Part shown: positions 19,565 to 29,853 of the stretch, piece by piece
Position numbering within the stretch: position 1 is the stretch's first letter
Layout of the letters: the number at the start of each line of letters is the position of its first letter
NCBI GenBank assembly: GCA_034658635.1
Contig: JAYEFL010000334.1
Location: 1-60,831 of the forward strand
Source: Bacteroidota bacterium
GTDB taxonomy: Bacteria; Bacteroidota; Bacteroidia; Bacteroidales; UBA12481
DNA: 60,831 bases
Reading direction: 5' to 3'
Notes under the pieces: model-generated
Told to the model about the DNA's origin: nothing
Seen by the model: only the letters and a program-made list of their open reading frames with translations
Databases searched by the model: none
Translations under genes and position numbers: made by a program

Positions 19565-22500
19565 ATGTATAGCAATAATAAGCAAGATCTTCCTTCTTTT
19601 TGGCGAACAAGTCGTTTTTTTTGGCTAATCCTGGCTTTTGCTGCTTCGGCTCTGCTTTTCCAAAACATCCATAAGCGTACCATAAATGAGGTAATTGATC
19701 CACAGCGTATAGAGCGCTTGATCCAGGAGCGACTTATAGAAATGAATACTCAGATTCGTCAATTGAGCCAGAGTCTGAAGAATGAAAAAATTGCAGATTT
19801 TATTTCAGCATCTGATAATTCCTTTTTTGTATACGATAATGACTCGTTAATATTCTGGTCGGATAATTCAATTGCGCTTCCTGATAGTTGGGGTTCTCAG
19901 GATTTTCATAATGGTTTGCTCAAGTTTCCTAATCTTTCAGGATTATGCGTTATTAGTACCATCGATAGTCTGACTATTGCAGGTGTTATCCCTTTGCAAT
20001 ACAATTTTCCTATAGAGAATGATTTTTTGTCAAATAAATTCCTGATTGGTGGTATTCGTTCCTGCTATTATGTTGTTATTCCCGTTTCCAATGTTACTGA
20101 GATAATTATTCATGATCAGACTGACCTTCCCCTTTTTGGACTTTACAGGAGTAATTTTGATAATGATTTCAGCATTTTCTGGTTCCTGGCAATTGGCTTG
20201 TATGGAATAAGCTTGTTTTTTGTTCTGTGCTTTTTGCTTGATCTGCTTCGATTGGGATATAGTTTGTGGAATTCAAATTGGTGGTTGTTGATATTGGCGG
20301 TGGATCTGGGCTTGATCAGGTGGTTGCTTTCCAACTTCAAAGTACCTGATCTGTTTTACAGTTTATCATGGTTCCAGACCTTTGATATTCCGGTCAGGTT
20401 TTTTGAATCACAGGGAGATGCATTAATCAGTCTGGTGTTTATCCTGTTTTTATCCCTTGCGATCAACCGATGGCTTCGTATCTATCCTGAGAGAGTTGAT
20501 AAAAACACTGTTGTCGTTAATCCCAGATTAACAGATAGTTTCACATCGCTCGGCTGGTTGATTGTTGTTGTTGCATGGTTCTGGCTAAACAGATTCTGGA
20601 CTTTCTTGCTGCAGCAGCGTGAAGACGTGATTGAGATTCACAATGTACTGTCAATTACCTTTCACAGCTTCATGGATATAATATTAATGGCTATTGCTGC
20701 TGCCGCTTTTGTTCTGATCTTATATCGGATATCCCGACAAACAATCCATATGTATCCCCTCAGACGATTTATTCTTATTCCTGTGGTAACAGGAATTGTG
20801 GTTTTTGCGGTCACTCGAAATGCAGGTCTGGGCCCTGATCTTATTTCTGTGCTGGTTTTGATGTTATTGATCCTTACCTGTGGGATTTCTTTATATCGTA
20901 AAGAGGTTAGGTTGAGCCAGTTTGGGATGGTCTTTGTCCTAATTGTTTTTGCAATTTTTATGGTTTTGGTATTAAATCAAACTAATAAAGTTAAAGAAGA
21001 ATCAATCCAGATTGAATTGATTAATAATCTCTCAAATGAGCATGATCCGGTTGCTGAAAAACTTTTGCTCGGGATGGATGCAGGGATATGCTCTGATTCA
21101 ACACTAACTAGTATGATCCGGAATCCCAGAACTCCGGAAGAAGATGTTAGAACGTATCTTCTGAATAATCATTTTGAACAATATTGGGATCAGTATAAGA
21201 TAAGTGTTAATATTTGCGATTCGGTAAATATGTTGATTTTTTCCACTGAAAGAATTACGGTGGGATGTCTGGATCATTGGAACAGGATAAAAGATAGTGA
21301 TGGCGAGGTTTTAGGAGATTCGCACTTTTATTACATAAATAACTTTGACGGAATAGTCTGGTATCTGGGGATATTTCCAGTGTTCACGCCTGATAGCACT
21401 TATGCTTATCATCTGACTATATCAGCTGAATTGGAGTTAATGCCTGAGGGACTCGGATACCCGGATGTATTAATTGCTGGTGAGAATCGTAGAGACAGCC
21501 TTTGGGATGAGTATTCATTTGCGAAATATCAGGATTGCCATTTGATTAGCAGATCTGGTGATTATGCATATGCTTCAAGCTGTGTATCCTATCCATCCAG
21601 TGCAGATTCCATTGTTTCATTTGCTTATGGTAAATTTGATCATTGGATCAGTGAGTTGGATGAGCGAAGTAAAATCATTCTCAGTAAGCCAAAGACCTCT
21701 GGCTTAGAGCATCTGTTTTCCTTTTCATACTTGTTTGTTAGTTTCTATATCATATGGCTCATTTTATCTCTGGCTTTATTCTTACCACAAAAGATTAAAG
21801 CCGGTAGTTTGGATTTGAAATCCAGAATCCAGTTTTCCATGATTAGTATTCTGATTATTTCTTTTCTGCTTATTGGGGGAGGAATGAGCTATTTCATTAT
21901 CAATCAGTATGATCAGACTAATCGCAATACCATTTCGGAGAAAATCCAATCAGTTAATATTGAAATGAAGCATAAACTGGATTTTGAGGAAAAGTTGGCA
22001 GCTGATTGGACTGGTGGAGACTATCCAAACTTGCAATCACTGCTGGTTAAGTTTTCTTATGTTTTTAATACAGATATTAATATTTACAATCCTCAGGGTA
22101 GTTTACTAGCATCATCAAGACCAGAGGTTTTTCAGCGTAAGCTTACAGGCACTCATATGGATCCCCACGCCTTTTATACCCTGGCTACCCAGAAGCAAAT
22201 GGAGCTGGTTCATCGAGAAAATATTGGAGAGCTGGGATTCTGGTCAGCATATGTTCCTTTCTATAATTATGAAGGGAAGTTATTGGCCTATCTGAACCTT
22301 CCCTATTTCTCAAAGCAAAGTGAAATACGGAAAGAAGTGAGCACCTTTATGGTGGCTATGCTCAACGGGTATTTCCTCCTGATATTTCTAACCGTAGTTT
22401 TTGCAGTATTGTTGGGGAACCAATTAACCCGGCCATTGCGTTTACTTCAGGAGCGTTTTTCAGGGATGAAACTGGGTGGGCAAAATACCCAGATTGAATA

Positions 22501-23266
22501 TCATCGGAAGGATGAAATTGGAGGATTGGTTGCTGCATATAATCAGATGGTTCAGCAACTTGAAGTCAGCGCTGATATGTTAGCCCGGTCAGAGAGAGAG
22601 TCAGCATGGAGAGAAATGGCTAAGCAAATAGCTCATGAGATCAAGAACCCTCTGACTCCAATGAAGCTTAGTGTTCAGCACTTGAGGCGATCATGGGATG
22701 ATCGGGTGGATGATTGGGATACATATCTTGATAGGGTTACTAAAACATTGATAGAGCAAATTGATGCACTGAGCGTCATTGCCAATGAGTTTTCACAATT
22801 TGCCAAAATGCCCAAAGCAAAACGAGAAGAACTCGATTTTGTGACAAAAGTAGAAAATAGTATCGCCCTTTTTATGGAATCTGGCAGCTCGAATATTTTT
22901 CTGGAAGTTAAGGATGTAGGACCCCTTATTGTATTTTTGGATAGAGAGCAATTGCTCCAGGTATTTAATAATCTGATAAATAACGCTATTCAATCAGTCC
23001 CCCAAGGCAAGAGACCAGAGGTCAGAATTTGTATTTCCAGAATTGAAGCCAATGTATTATTGACAGTAAGTGACAATGGAACAGGAATACGAAAAGAGCT
23101 TCAGGGCAAACTATTCCAGCCCAGTTTTACGACAAAAACCAGTGGAATGGGACTAGGCCTGGCAATAACAAAAAATATTGTTGAGAATTCAGAAGGGAAA
23201 ATATGGTTTGAAACCGGATCTGGTGGAACTACTTTCTTTGTCGAGTTCCCCTTAGTTGAAAAATAA
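19565..23266 (+). CDS. Large multi-TM sensor histidine kinase (HAMP-HisKA-HATPase, NtrY-like core)
   Basis: DEIGGLV HAMP, WREMAKQIAHEIKNPLTP, NLINNA, DNGTGI, FTTK..GMGLGL. Confidence 0.92.
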   Translation: MYSNNKQDLPSFWRTSRFFWLILAFAASALLFQNIHKRTINEVIDPQRIERLIQERLIEMNTQIRQLSQSLKNEKIADFISASDNSFFVYDNDSLIFWSDNSIALPDSWGSQDFHNGLLKFPNLSGLCVISTIDSLTIAGVIPLQYNFPIENDFLSNKFLIGGIRSCYYVVIPVSNVTEIIIHDQTDLPLFGLYRSNFDNDFSIFWFLAIGLYGISLFFVLCFLLDLLRLGYSLWNSNWWLLILAVDLGLIRWLLSNFKVPDLFYSLSWFQTFDIPVRFFESQGDALISLVFILFLSLAINRWLRIYPERVDKNTVVVNPRLTDSFTSLGWLIVVVAWFWLNRFWTFLLQQREDVIEIHNVLSITFHSFMDIILMAIAAAAFVLILYRISRQTIHMYPLRRFILIPVVTGIVVFAVTRNAGLGPDLISVLVLMLLILTCGISLYRKEVRLSQFGMVFVLIVFAIFMVLVLNQTNKVKEESIQIELINNLSNEHDPVAEKLLLGMDAGICSDSTLTSMIRNPRTPEEDVRTYLLNNHFEQYWDQYKISVNICDSVNMLIFSTERITVGCLDHWNRIKDSDGEVLGDSHFYYINNFDGIVWYLGIFPVFTPDSTYAYHLTISAELELMPEGLGYPDVLIAGENRRDSLWDEYSFAKYQDCHLISRSGDYAYASSCVSYPSSADSIVSFAYGKFDHWISELDERSKIILSKPKTSGLEHLFSFSYLFVSFYIIWLILSLALFLPQKIKAGSLDLKSRIQFSMISILIISFLLIGGGMSYFIINQYDQTNRNTISEKIQSVNIEMKHKLDFEEKLAADWTGGDYPNLQSLLVKFSYVFNTDINIYNPQGSLLASSRPEVFQRKLTGTHMDPHAFYTLATQKQMELVHRENIGELGFWSAYVPFYNYEGKLLAYLNLPYFSKQSEIRKEVSTFMVAMLNGYFLLIFLTVVFAVLLGNQLTRPLRLLQERFSGMKLGGQNTQIEYHRKDEIGGLVAAYNQMVQQLEVSADMLARSERESAWREMAKQIAHEIKNPLTPMKLSVQHLRRSWDDRVDDWDTYLDRVTKTLIEQIDALSVIANEFSQFAKMPKAKREELDFVTKVENSIALFMESGSSNIFLEVKDVGPLIVFLDREQLLQVFNNLINNAIQSVPQGKRPEVRICISRIEANVLLTVSDNGTGIRKELQGKLFQPSFTTKTSGMGLGLAITKNIVENSEGKIWFETGSGGTTFFVEFPLVEK

Positions 23267-23765
23267 CCAGTGTAGAAGTATCTGTATTACTCTTGTTTAA
23301 TTCCCGATCAATCAAATAGTAAAAGTATTTGAACTCTTTAAAAGGCAATGGGTTGGCATCCGAATAGCGATATTCCATTTCAATACTGATTTCAGCTTTC
23401 AGCGTTTTATTCTGCCCGGCCGGGGTTAAATCCGGAATCCTGTAGTTTCTGGGGAATTCAACCTCAGTGACCTCAATTAGAGTATCGCCGATTTTCTCAT
23501 ATTCACGAATGAAAAGGTTGTAATAGTATTGGCTGTCACGATGAAAAGGACCGGTAGTATCATCATCATTTAAGCCAATATCTCCATTGCCATCAATAAC
23601 CTGGAATGTGAGTTTTACGTATTTAATGGGATTGTCTAGAATATCGCTTGAATCTTTCACGATAACACTAATGAAACTAAGGCTGGGTTCATCTGGAAAA
23701 ACCTCAATCCTTTGACAGTTGGTTGCCAATAGCAGAACGATTCCGAATAAAATGGACTTACTCAT
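23229..23765 (-). CDS. Hypothetical lipoprotein
   Basis: Signal peptide ending LATNC; DGNGDIG motif; co-oriented behind der. Confidence 0.7.
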   Translation of the reverse strand: MSKSILFGIVLLLATNCQRIEVFPDEPSLSFISVIVKDSSDILDNPIKYVKLTFQVIDGNGDIGLNDDDTTGPFHRDSQYYYNLFIREYEKIGDTLIEVTEVEFPRNYRIPDLTPAGQNKTLKAEISIEMEYRYSDANPLPFKEFKYFYYLIDRELNKSNTDTSTLVIFQLRGTRQRK

Positions 23766-23774
23766 ATTTGAAAT

Positions 23775-25079
23775 TTACTTTTTCCGGAAAAATAGTTGAA
23801 GAGGTACTCCTTTAAAATTAAAAGTTTCTCTCAGCTTATTCTCAAGGTATCTTTTGTAGGGATCTTTAATGTATTGAGGTCGATTGCAAAAGAATGCAAA
23901 TGCTGGAGTCGGGTTGGCCAGCTGAGTACCATATTTTATTTTAATCCATTTGCCTTTTAAGGATGGCGGTGGAAATTCTTCAATTGCTTCCTGAAGAAAA
24001 ATATTGAGTTTTGAGGTCGGTATCTTCTGTTTTCTATTATTGTAAACTTCTACTGCTGCTTCAAGAGCTTTGAAAATTCTTTGCTTGGAAATAGCACTTG
24101 TAAAAATAATTGGCACATCTGTAAAGGGAGCAATCCTGTTTTCAAGCTCTTTTTGGAAGGTCTTTACAGTATTTGTATCCTTGTCCACCAGATCCCATTT
24201 GTTAACCAAAATGACAATTCCTTTATGGTTTCTTTGAGCAACGCCAAAGATGCTGATATCCTGTGATTTGATGCCATCTTCTGCGTCGATCAGGAGGAGG
24301 CAGACATCCGAGTTCTCAATTGCTCTTACTGAGCGCATGACAGAGTAGAACTCTATATTTTCAGTAACTTTTGCCTTCTTCCTTAGTCCGGCTGTATCCA
24401 CAAGAAAAAAGTCGAGATCATATTTACTGTATCTGGTATTAATTGAATCACGAGTGGTTCCTGAAATGGGTGTTACAATATTTCGATCCTCACCCAGAAG
24501 AGCATTTATCAACGATGATTTTCCTACATTTGGGCGCCCAACAATTGCAAATTTCGGAATATCAGGTTCTTCTTCTTGTGGTTTGTCAACAAAAGAGGCA
24601 GTCAGGGTGTCTAGTAAATCACCTGTTCCACTTCCATTAATGGATGAAACCGGTTGAGGGTCACCTAAACCAAGGGAGTAAAATTCACTTACGTCATATA
24701 TGCGTTCAGAATTATCCACTTTATTGGCTACCACAGTAACAGGTTTCTTAGTTTTTCGCAGTATTTGAGCAACCGTGTCATCCAAATCAGTAATGCCAAG
24801 TTCAACATCAACGATGAAGAGGATTGCGTCGCATTCCTCTATGGCCAGTATAACCTGTTTCCTTATTTCCGCTTCAAAGACATCATCTGAATTTTGTATG
24901 AATCCACCTGTGTCAATGAGTGAGAACTCAATACCATTCCAAATGCACTTGCCGTAATGGCGATCTCGTGTTACGCCGCTTGACTCATGAACAATAGCTT
25001 TTCTCGATTGAGTAAGTCTGTTAAAAAGCGTTGATTTCCCAACATTCGGTCTTCCTACTATCGCAACTATATTTCCCAT
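23775..25079 (-). CDS. der: Ribosome biogenesis GTPase Der/EngA
   Basis: Two GRPNVGKS domains, GVTRD/GTTRD, DTGG/DTAG, NKVD/NKWD. Confidence 0.98.
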   Translation of the reverse strand: MGNIVAIVGRPNVGKSTLFNRLTQSRKAIVHESSGVTRDRHYGKCIWNGIEFSLIDTGGFIQNSDDVFEAEIRKQVILAIEECDAILFIVDVELGITDLDDTVAQILRKTKKPVTVVANKVDNSERIYDVSEFYSLGLGDPQPVSSINGSGTGDLLDTLTASFVDKPQEEEPDIPKFAIVGRPNVGKSSLINALLGEDRNIVTPISGTTRDSINTRYSKYDLDFFLVDTAGLRKKAKVTENIEFYSVMRSVRAIENSDVCLLLIDAEDGIKSQDISIFGVAQRNHKGIVILVNKWDLVDKDTNTVKTFQKELENRIAPFTDVPIIFTSAISKQRIFKALEAAVEVYNNRKQKIPTSKLNIFLQEAIEEFPPPSLKGKWIKIKYGTQLANPTPAFAFFCNRPQYIKDPYKRYLENKLRETFNFKGVPLQLFFRKK

Positions 25080-25109
25080 TGTCTGCCAATTTTCAAAAAA
25101 ATACTATCT

Positions 25110-26000
25110 CTACTGCTCGTATCCGAAGGATTTAAGCTTAAGGTCTTTGTTTCTCCAGTCTTTTGTTACAGTAACAAACATCTGAAGGTGAACCTGCTTG
25201 TCAAAAAAAGCTTCCAATTCCTTTCTTGCCTCAATTCCAACCTTTTTCAATGATGATCCTTTGTGCCCAATTATTATTCCTTTTTGGGAATCCCTTTCAA
25301 CATGAATTTTAACCATTATCCGGATAATCTTTTCCTCTTCTTTGAACTCCTCTACTTCTGGTTCTACTGAGTAGGGGATTTCTTTCCGGTAGTTTTCCAG
25401 AATTTTCCCACGGATAATTTCAGTGACAAAAAATCTTTCAGGTTTATCAGTTAAAGCGTTTTTATCAAAATAGGGTGGACTTTCCGGAATTAGATCCTTT
25501 ATTCTGTTTAGTAGATTTTCGAGGTTGAATTTGTGCAAAGCTGCTGTGGGGTAAATTTCTGCTTTTGGAAATCTTTCCTGCCAGCTTATCACTAATTGTT
25601 CAACTTCTGACTGATTAGAAAGGTCTATTTTGTTTATGATCAGTATAACCGGGGTGTTAGTGTTTCTGACTGAATTCAGAAAGTCCTCATTTTTGTCAGG
25701 ATCTTCCTTAACATCTGTCACATACAGAATTACGTCAGCATCAATCAAAGCTGAACGAGAGTATTTCAGCATGGATTCCTGAAGTTTGTAATTTGGCTTA
25801 ATAACGCCCGGTGTGTCGGAGTAAACAATCTGAAAATCTTCACCGTTTACAATTCCCAGAATTCGGTGTCGCGTAGTCTGAGATTTGGAAGTGATAATTG
25901 AAATTCTTTCTCCAACCAAGGCATTCATAATGGTTGATTTTCCCACGTTCGGGTTGCCAACAATATTTACAAATCCGGCTTTATGTTTTTGCTCGCTCAT
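25110..26000 (-). CDS. era: GTPase Era
   Basis: GNPNVGKST, QTTRH, DTPG, NKID, KH domain SQKGIIIG. Start at ATG 26000 (ATGA overlap with upstream gene). Confidence 0.97.
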   Translation of the reverse strand: MSEQKHKAGFVNIVGNPNVGKSTIMNALVGERISIITSKSQTTRHRILGIVNGEDFQIVYSDTPGVIKPNYKLQESMLKYSRSALIDADVILYVTDVKEDPDKNEDFLNSVRNTNTPVILIINKIDLSNQSEVEQLVISWQERFPKAEIYPTAALHKFNLENLLNRIKDLIPESPPYFDKNALTDKPERFFVTEIIRGKILENYRKEIPYSVEPEVEEFKEEEKIIRIMVKIHVERDSQKGIIIGHKGSSLKKVGIEARKELEAFFDKQVHLQMFVTVTKDWRNKDLKLKSFGYEQ

Positions 26001-26755
26001 TTTTTTCCTTTCATTTTCAACCAAGCCACCTCTTTTGGGGCTAATTTTCTATATCTGCCACGTGGCAGATTTTTTTTTGTGAGTCCTGCAAAAGAAACCC
26101 GGTCGAGTTTAACCACATCGTAGCCTAAATGTTCAAATGATCTTCTAATGATACGGGTTCTGCCCGAATGTATTTCAACTCCGAGCATGGTTTTGTCATG
26201 AGAGTCGATAAAGGATAGCTTGTCCATTTTAAAGCTCCCATCCTCCAACTCAATTCCCGTTCTCATTTGCTCGTATGAAGAATCTGAAAAAGCTTTATTG
26301 AGTTTGATCTCATAAATTTTAATCACACCATATTTCGGATGAGTAAGCCTGTCAGCAAGTTCACCGTCATTAGTCAAAATGAGTATGCCAGTTGTATTTC
26401 GATCAAGTCGTCCCACAGGATATACTCTTTGTCTGACAGCTGATCCCAACATATCTGTAACTGTTTTTCTGCCTTCCGGATCGTCGGTGGTGGTAATCAC
26501 ATCTTTTGGCTTATTTAATAGGTAATAAACTTTTTTTTCGCCTTCAATTAGCTTATTGTTAAGCTGTACTTTTGCATCAGGCTTAACTTTGGTGCCAAGA
26601 TCTGTGATTGTCCGGCCATTCACTTTTACTTTGCCAGCTTCAATTAGTTTATCAGCTTCTCTCCGGGAACAGGCACCTGTACTGGCAATATACTTATTTA
26701 GCCGTATTAAATCCTCTGTATCCCGGTAAGATTTTTCTCCACCTGATTTGATCAT
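25997..26755 (-). CDS. rRNA pseudouridine synthase, RsuA/RluB family
   Basis: S4 domain RLNKYIA..G.CSRREAD; VGRLDRNTTG catalytic motif. Confidence 0.93.
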   Translation of the reverse strand: MIKSGGEKSYRDTEDLIRLNKYIASTGACSRREADKLIEAGKVKVNGRTITDLGTKVKPDAKVQLNNKLIEGEKKVYYLLNKPKDVITTTDDPEGRKTVTDMLGSAVRQRVYPVGRLDRNTTGILILTNDGELADRLTHPKYGVIKIYEIKLNKAFSDSSYEQMRTGIELEDGSFKMDKLSFIDSHDKTMLGVEIHSGRTRIIRRSFEHLGYDVVKLDRVSFAGLTKKNLPRGRYRKLAPKEVAWLKMKGKK

Positions 26756-26867
26756 CTTGATTATTTTGAGTGCAAAGTTCTTAAAAAATTATCAAATTGA
26801 ACTGGAAATTGCATAAACGCAAAAAAAATAGCAATTTTTGTAGAATCAAATTATTAAGAACCTGCTT

Positions 26868-28265
26868 ATGAGTTTAATTAAATCAATTTCCGGAATTCGT
26901 GGAACCATAGGGGGAAGACCCGGTTTAGGTCTGACTCCGCCTGACCTGGTAGCCTTCTCATCAGCCTATGCTCAATGGCTGGCACACCAGGGAGAACCTC
27001 ACAAAGGGAATCGTTACCGGGTGGTGGTAGGCCGCGATGCCAGGATTTCTGGCCAAATGGTAGAATCTTTTGTGACACACACCCTTATTGCTATGGGTAT
27101 TGATATTATTGCCGCTGGTTTGGCAACAACTCCAACCGTTGAGATGGCTGTTATACAATCACAAGCCGACGGAGGTATCATTTTGACTGCCAGTCACAAT
27201 CCAAGGCAGTGGAATGCTCTGAAGCTGCTTAATCACAAGGGTGAGTTTTTGTCGGCTGACGATGGAGTAGCTTTATTGGAAATGGCAGTGCATGGTCAGT
27301 TTGAATACGCAGAGGTGGATGATATCGGAACAGTACATGAGGAGGATTTTCTTGGAGCACATATAAAAGCCGTTCTTCAATTGCCGCAAGTCAATCAACA
27401 GGCAATCCGGTCAAAAAAAATAAAAGTTGTGGTGGATGCGGTCAATTCAGTTGGTGGGTTTGCAATTCCAGAGATGCTGAAGGCTCTGGGAGTGAGTGAT
27501 GTTATTTGTCTGAATTGTAATCCTGACGGAAATTTTGCACACAATCCAGAGCCCTTGCCAGAGAATTTAGGCGAGATTTGTCAGGCCGTGCTTGAAAATA
27601 AGGCCGATTTAGGAATTGTTGTGGATCCGGATGTTGATCGACTGGCATTTGTCAATGAAGATGGAAGTTTTTTTGGTGAAGAATATACCCTGGTCGCTGT
27701 AAGTGATTACCTTCTAAGTATGCAGTCTGGAAATACTGTATCGAATTTGTCTTCTTCACGAGCATTGAGAGATGTCACTCTCAGGCATGGAGGAAGCTAC
27801 TCAGCAGCTGCTGTGGGTGAAGTAAATGTAGTTGCAATGATGAAAAAGACCAGTGCCGTCATCGGAGGAGAAGGTAATGGAGGAATAATATTTCCTGATT
27901 TACACTATGGCCGTGATGCTCTGGTTGGAGTTGCTCTTTTTCTGAGTCACCTGGTTGCCAGTGGGAAAAGTATGACAGAGCTTCGTCAAAGTTACCCGAA
28001 GTATTATATGTCGAAGAACAAAATTCAACTTTCATCAGATACCAATCCAGACCTGATTCTTAAAAAGATACAGGAGAAGTTTGCAGATGAACACCCAATA
28101 ACAATTGACGGAGTTAAAATTGATTTTGAAGAATCATGGGTTCATCTTAGAAAATCAAATACCGAACCTATAATTCGGATATATACTGAGGCACAAACTG
28201 AAAAAGATGCTGATCAACTGGCCAAACGCTTTCTGATTGAGATAAACAGTATGGGATTGGAATAA
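26868..28265 (+). CDS. glmM: Phosphoglucosamine mutase / phosphohexomutase
   Basis: TASHNP, DPDVDR, GEGNGG, RKSNTEP motifs. Confidence 0.88.
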   Translation: MSLIKSISGIRGTIGGRPGLGLTPPDLVAFSSAYAQWLAHQGEPHKGNRYRVVVGRDARISGQMVESFVTHTLIAMGIDIIAAGLATTPTVEMAVIQSQADGGIILTASHNPRQWNALKLLNHKGEFLSADDGVALLEMAVHGQFEYAEVDDIGTVHEEDFLGAHIKAVLQLPQVNQQAIRSKKIKVVVDAVNSVGGFAIPEMLKALGVSDVICLNCNPDGNFAHNPEPLPENLGEICQAVLENKADLGIVVDPDVDRLAFVNEDGSFFGEEYTLVAVSDYLLSMQSGNTVSNLSSSRALRDVTLRHGGSYSAAAVGEVNVVAMMKKTSAVIGGEGNGGIIFPDLHYGRDALVGVALFLSHLVASGKSMTELRQSYPKYYMSKNKIQLSSDTNPDLILKKIQEKFADEHPITIDGVKIDFEESWVHLRKSNTEPIIRIYTEAQTEKDADQLAKRFLIEINSMGLE

Positions 28266-28371
28266 ACACATAAGTCATGCAGCTTAGGTATCTGGTGTTA
28301 AACTTTGTTAATTATTGCTAATTTATCCTTCAATCTTTCGCCAGTTGAACGTCTTGTTTTAATTTTAGGGC

Positions 28372-29841
28372 ATGAAGAAGAGATATTATTATGGGGCTGC
28401 TATTCTGGTAATCATAGTAGCTATTATTATCTACAGTGCCTCTGGTGACGATTCTGCTGTAGAAGTATCAACGCTTGTTGAGCGTGGTGAATTTAATGTC
28501 GTTGTAAGCACAACAGGTGAGTTACAAGCCTTAAATTCTACAGACATTCGTGGACCAGAGAATTTGCGTGAAGTGCGGGTGCATAGTGTGAAGATTGTCG
28601 ATTTGATTCCAGAGGGCACAATTGTTAAGGCTGGTGAGTATGTTGCCACTCTTGACAGGTCTGAAGCAACTCAGCGCTTACAGAGCCAGGCTGATGAGCT
28701 TATTTCTGATGAGGCAGCTTACAATCAAACTCTCTTAGATACAACAATAACTTTGCTGGATATCAGAAACAAGATAAAGGATCTGGAGTATGGATTGGAA
28801 GAAAAGGAGATAGTTCTCAGTCAATCCCAATTTGAACCACCAGCTACCATAAGGCAGGCTGAAATGAATTTAGATAAGGCGAAAAGGGCTCTTGAGCAGT
28901 CTAAGATAAATTACATGTTGAAAGAGGAGCAAACAAAATCTCAGGTGCGCAGAGCTAAAGGCCGTCTGGATGAGGAGTATCGAGAAAGAGAAAAACTATT
29001 GAAAGCTCTGGAAGGATTTGAAATCTATGCCCCTCAGTCTGGTATGGTCATTTATAAAAAGGAATGGGGTGGGGCTAAAAGAAAAGTTGGTTCATCAATC
29101 AACGCCTGGGATCCGGTTGTGGCAACCTTGCCTGATTTGACAACCATGATATCAAAAACTTATGTCAATGAGATTGATATTAGCAAGCTTGCTGCAGGCC
29201 AGACCGTATTAGTTGGAGTTGATGCATTTCCTGATCGTGAATACACTGGAGTTGTGATTGAAGTTGCCAATGTGGGTGAGCAATTATCCACATCAGATGC
29301 TAAGGTGTTTGAGGTGATTGTTCAGTTGAATGAAACAGATTCTATCCTCAGACCTTCAATGACCACCGTTAACGAAGTATTGACAGGAACTTATAAAGAT
29401 GTGATCTTTATCCCACTTGAATCAGTACATAGTACAGATAGTATGTCTTATGTGATAAAGGCAAAAAATAAAATACGACAGATTGTTGATCTTGGAAAGG
29501 CTAATGAGAACTACATTATAGTTTCTGAAGGTCTTGAGGCAGGGGAGGAAGTATTATTGACTATCCCGCTGGGGAGTGAAGACTGGGAATACAGCGGTTG
29601 GGATATTTTTGAAAAGGTTAAGCTTCGCAGGATAGAGGAGGAAAAAAGGAAAAAGGAGGAAGCTGCCCAGCGCAGAGAACAAATGGAAAAAGAAATGAAG
29701 CAGCGTGAAGATATGAAGAAGTTTAACATGGATAATTTGCCAGCAGATCAACGTAAACGTGTTCAGCAAATGATGAAAAGTGGTGGACAGAGATCATCCG
29801 GGAGTGGCGCGCGATCTATTCAGATGAGAAATCAACGTTAA
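28372..29841 (+). CDS. Efflux periplasmic adaptor (MacA/HlyD-like)
   Basis: N-terminal TM, lipoyl half-motifs (EGTIVKAG..VATLD; IYAPQSG), coiled coil, VNEIDI, LRPSMT; charged C-terminal extension. Confidence 0.88.
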   Translation: MKKRYYYGAAILVIIVAIIIYSASGDDSAVEVSTLVERGEFNVVVSTTGELQALNSTDIRGPENLREVRVHSVKIVDLIPEGTIVKAGEYVATLDRSEATQRLQSQADELISDEAAYNQTLLDTTITLLDIRNKIKDLEYGLEEKEIVLSQSQFEPPATIRQAEMNLDKAKRALEQSKINYMLKEEQTKSQVRRAKGRLDEEYREREKLLKALEGFEIYAPQSGMVIYKKEWGGAKRKVGSSINAWDPVVATLPDLTTMISKTYVNEIDISKLAAGQTVLVGVDAFPDREYTGVVIEVANVGEQLSTSDAKVFEVIVQLNETDSILRPSMTTVNEVLTGTYKDVIFIPLESVHSTDSMSYVIKAKNKIRQIVDLGKANENYIIVSEGLEAGEEVLLTIPLGSEDWEYSGWDIFEKVKLRRIEEEKRKKEEAAQRREQMEKEMKQREDMKKFNMDNLPADQRKRVQQMMKSGGQRSSGSGARSIQMRNQR

Positions 29842-29853
29842 GCTGTTTATCTC

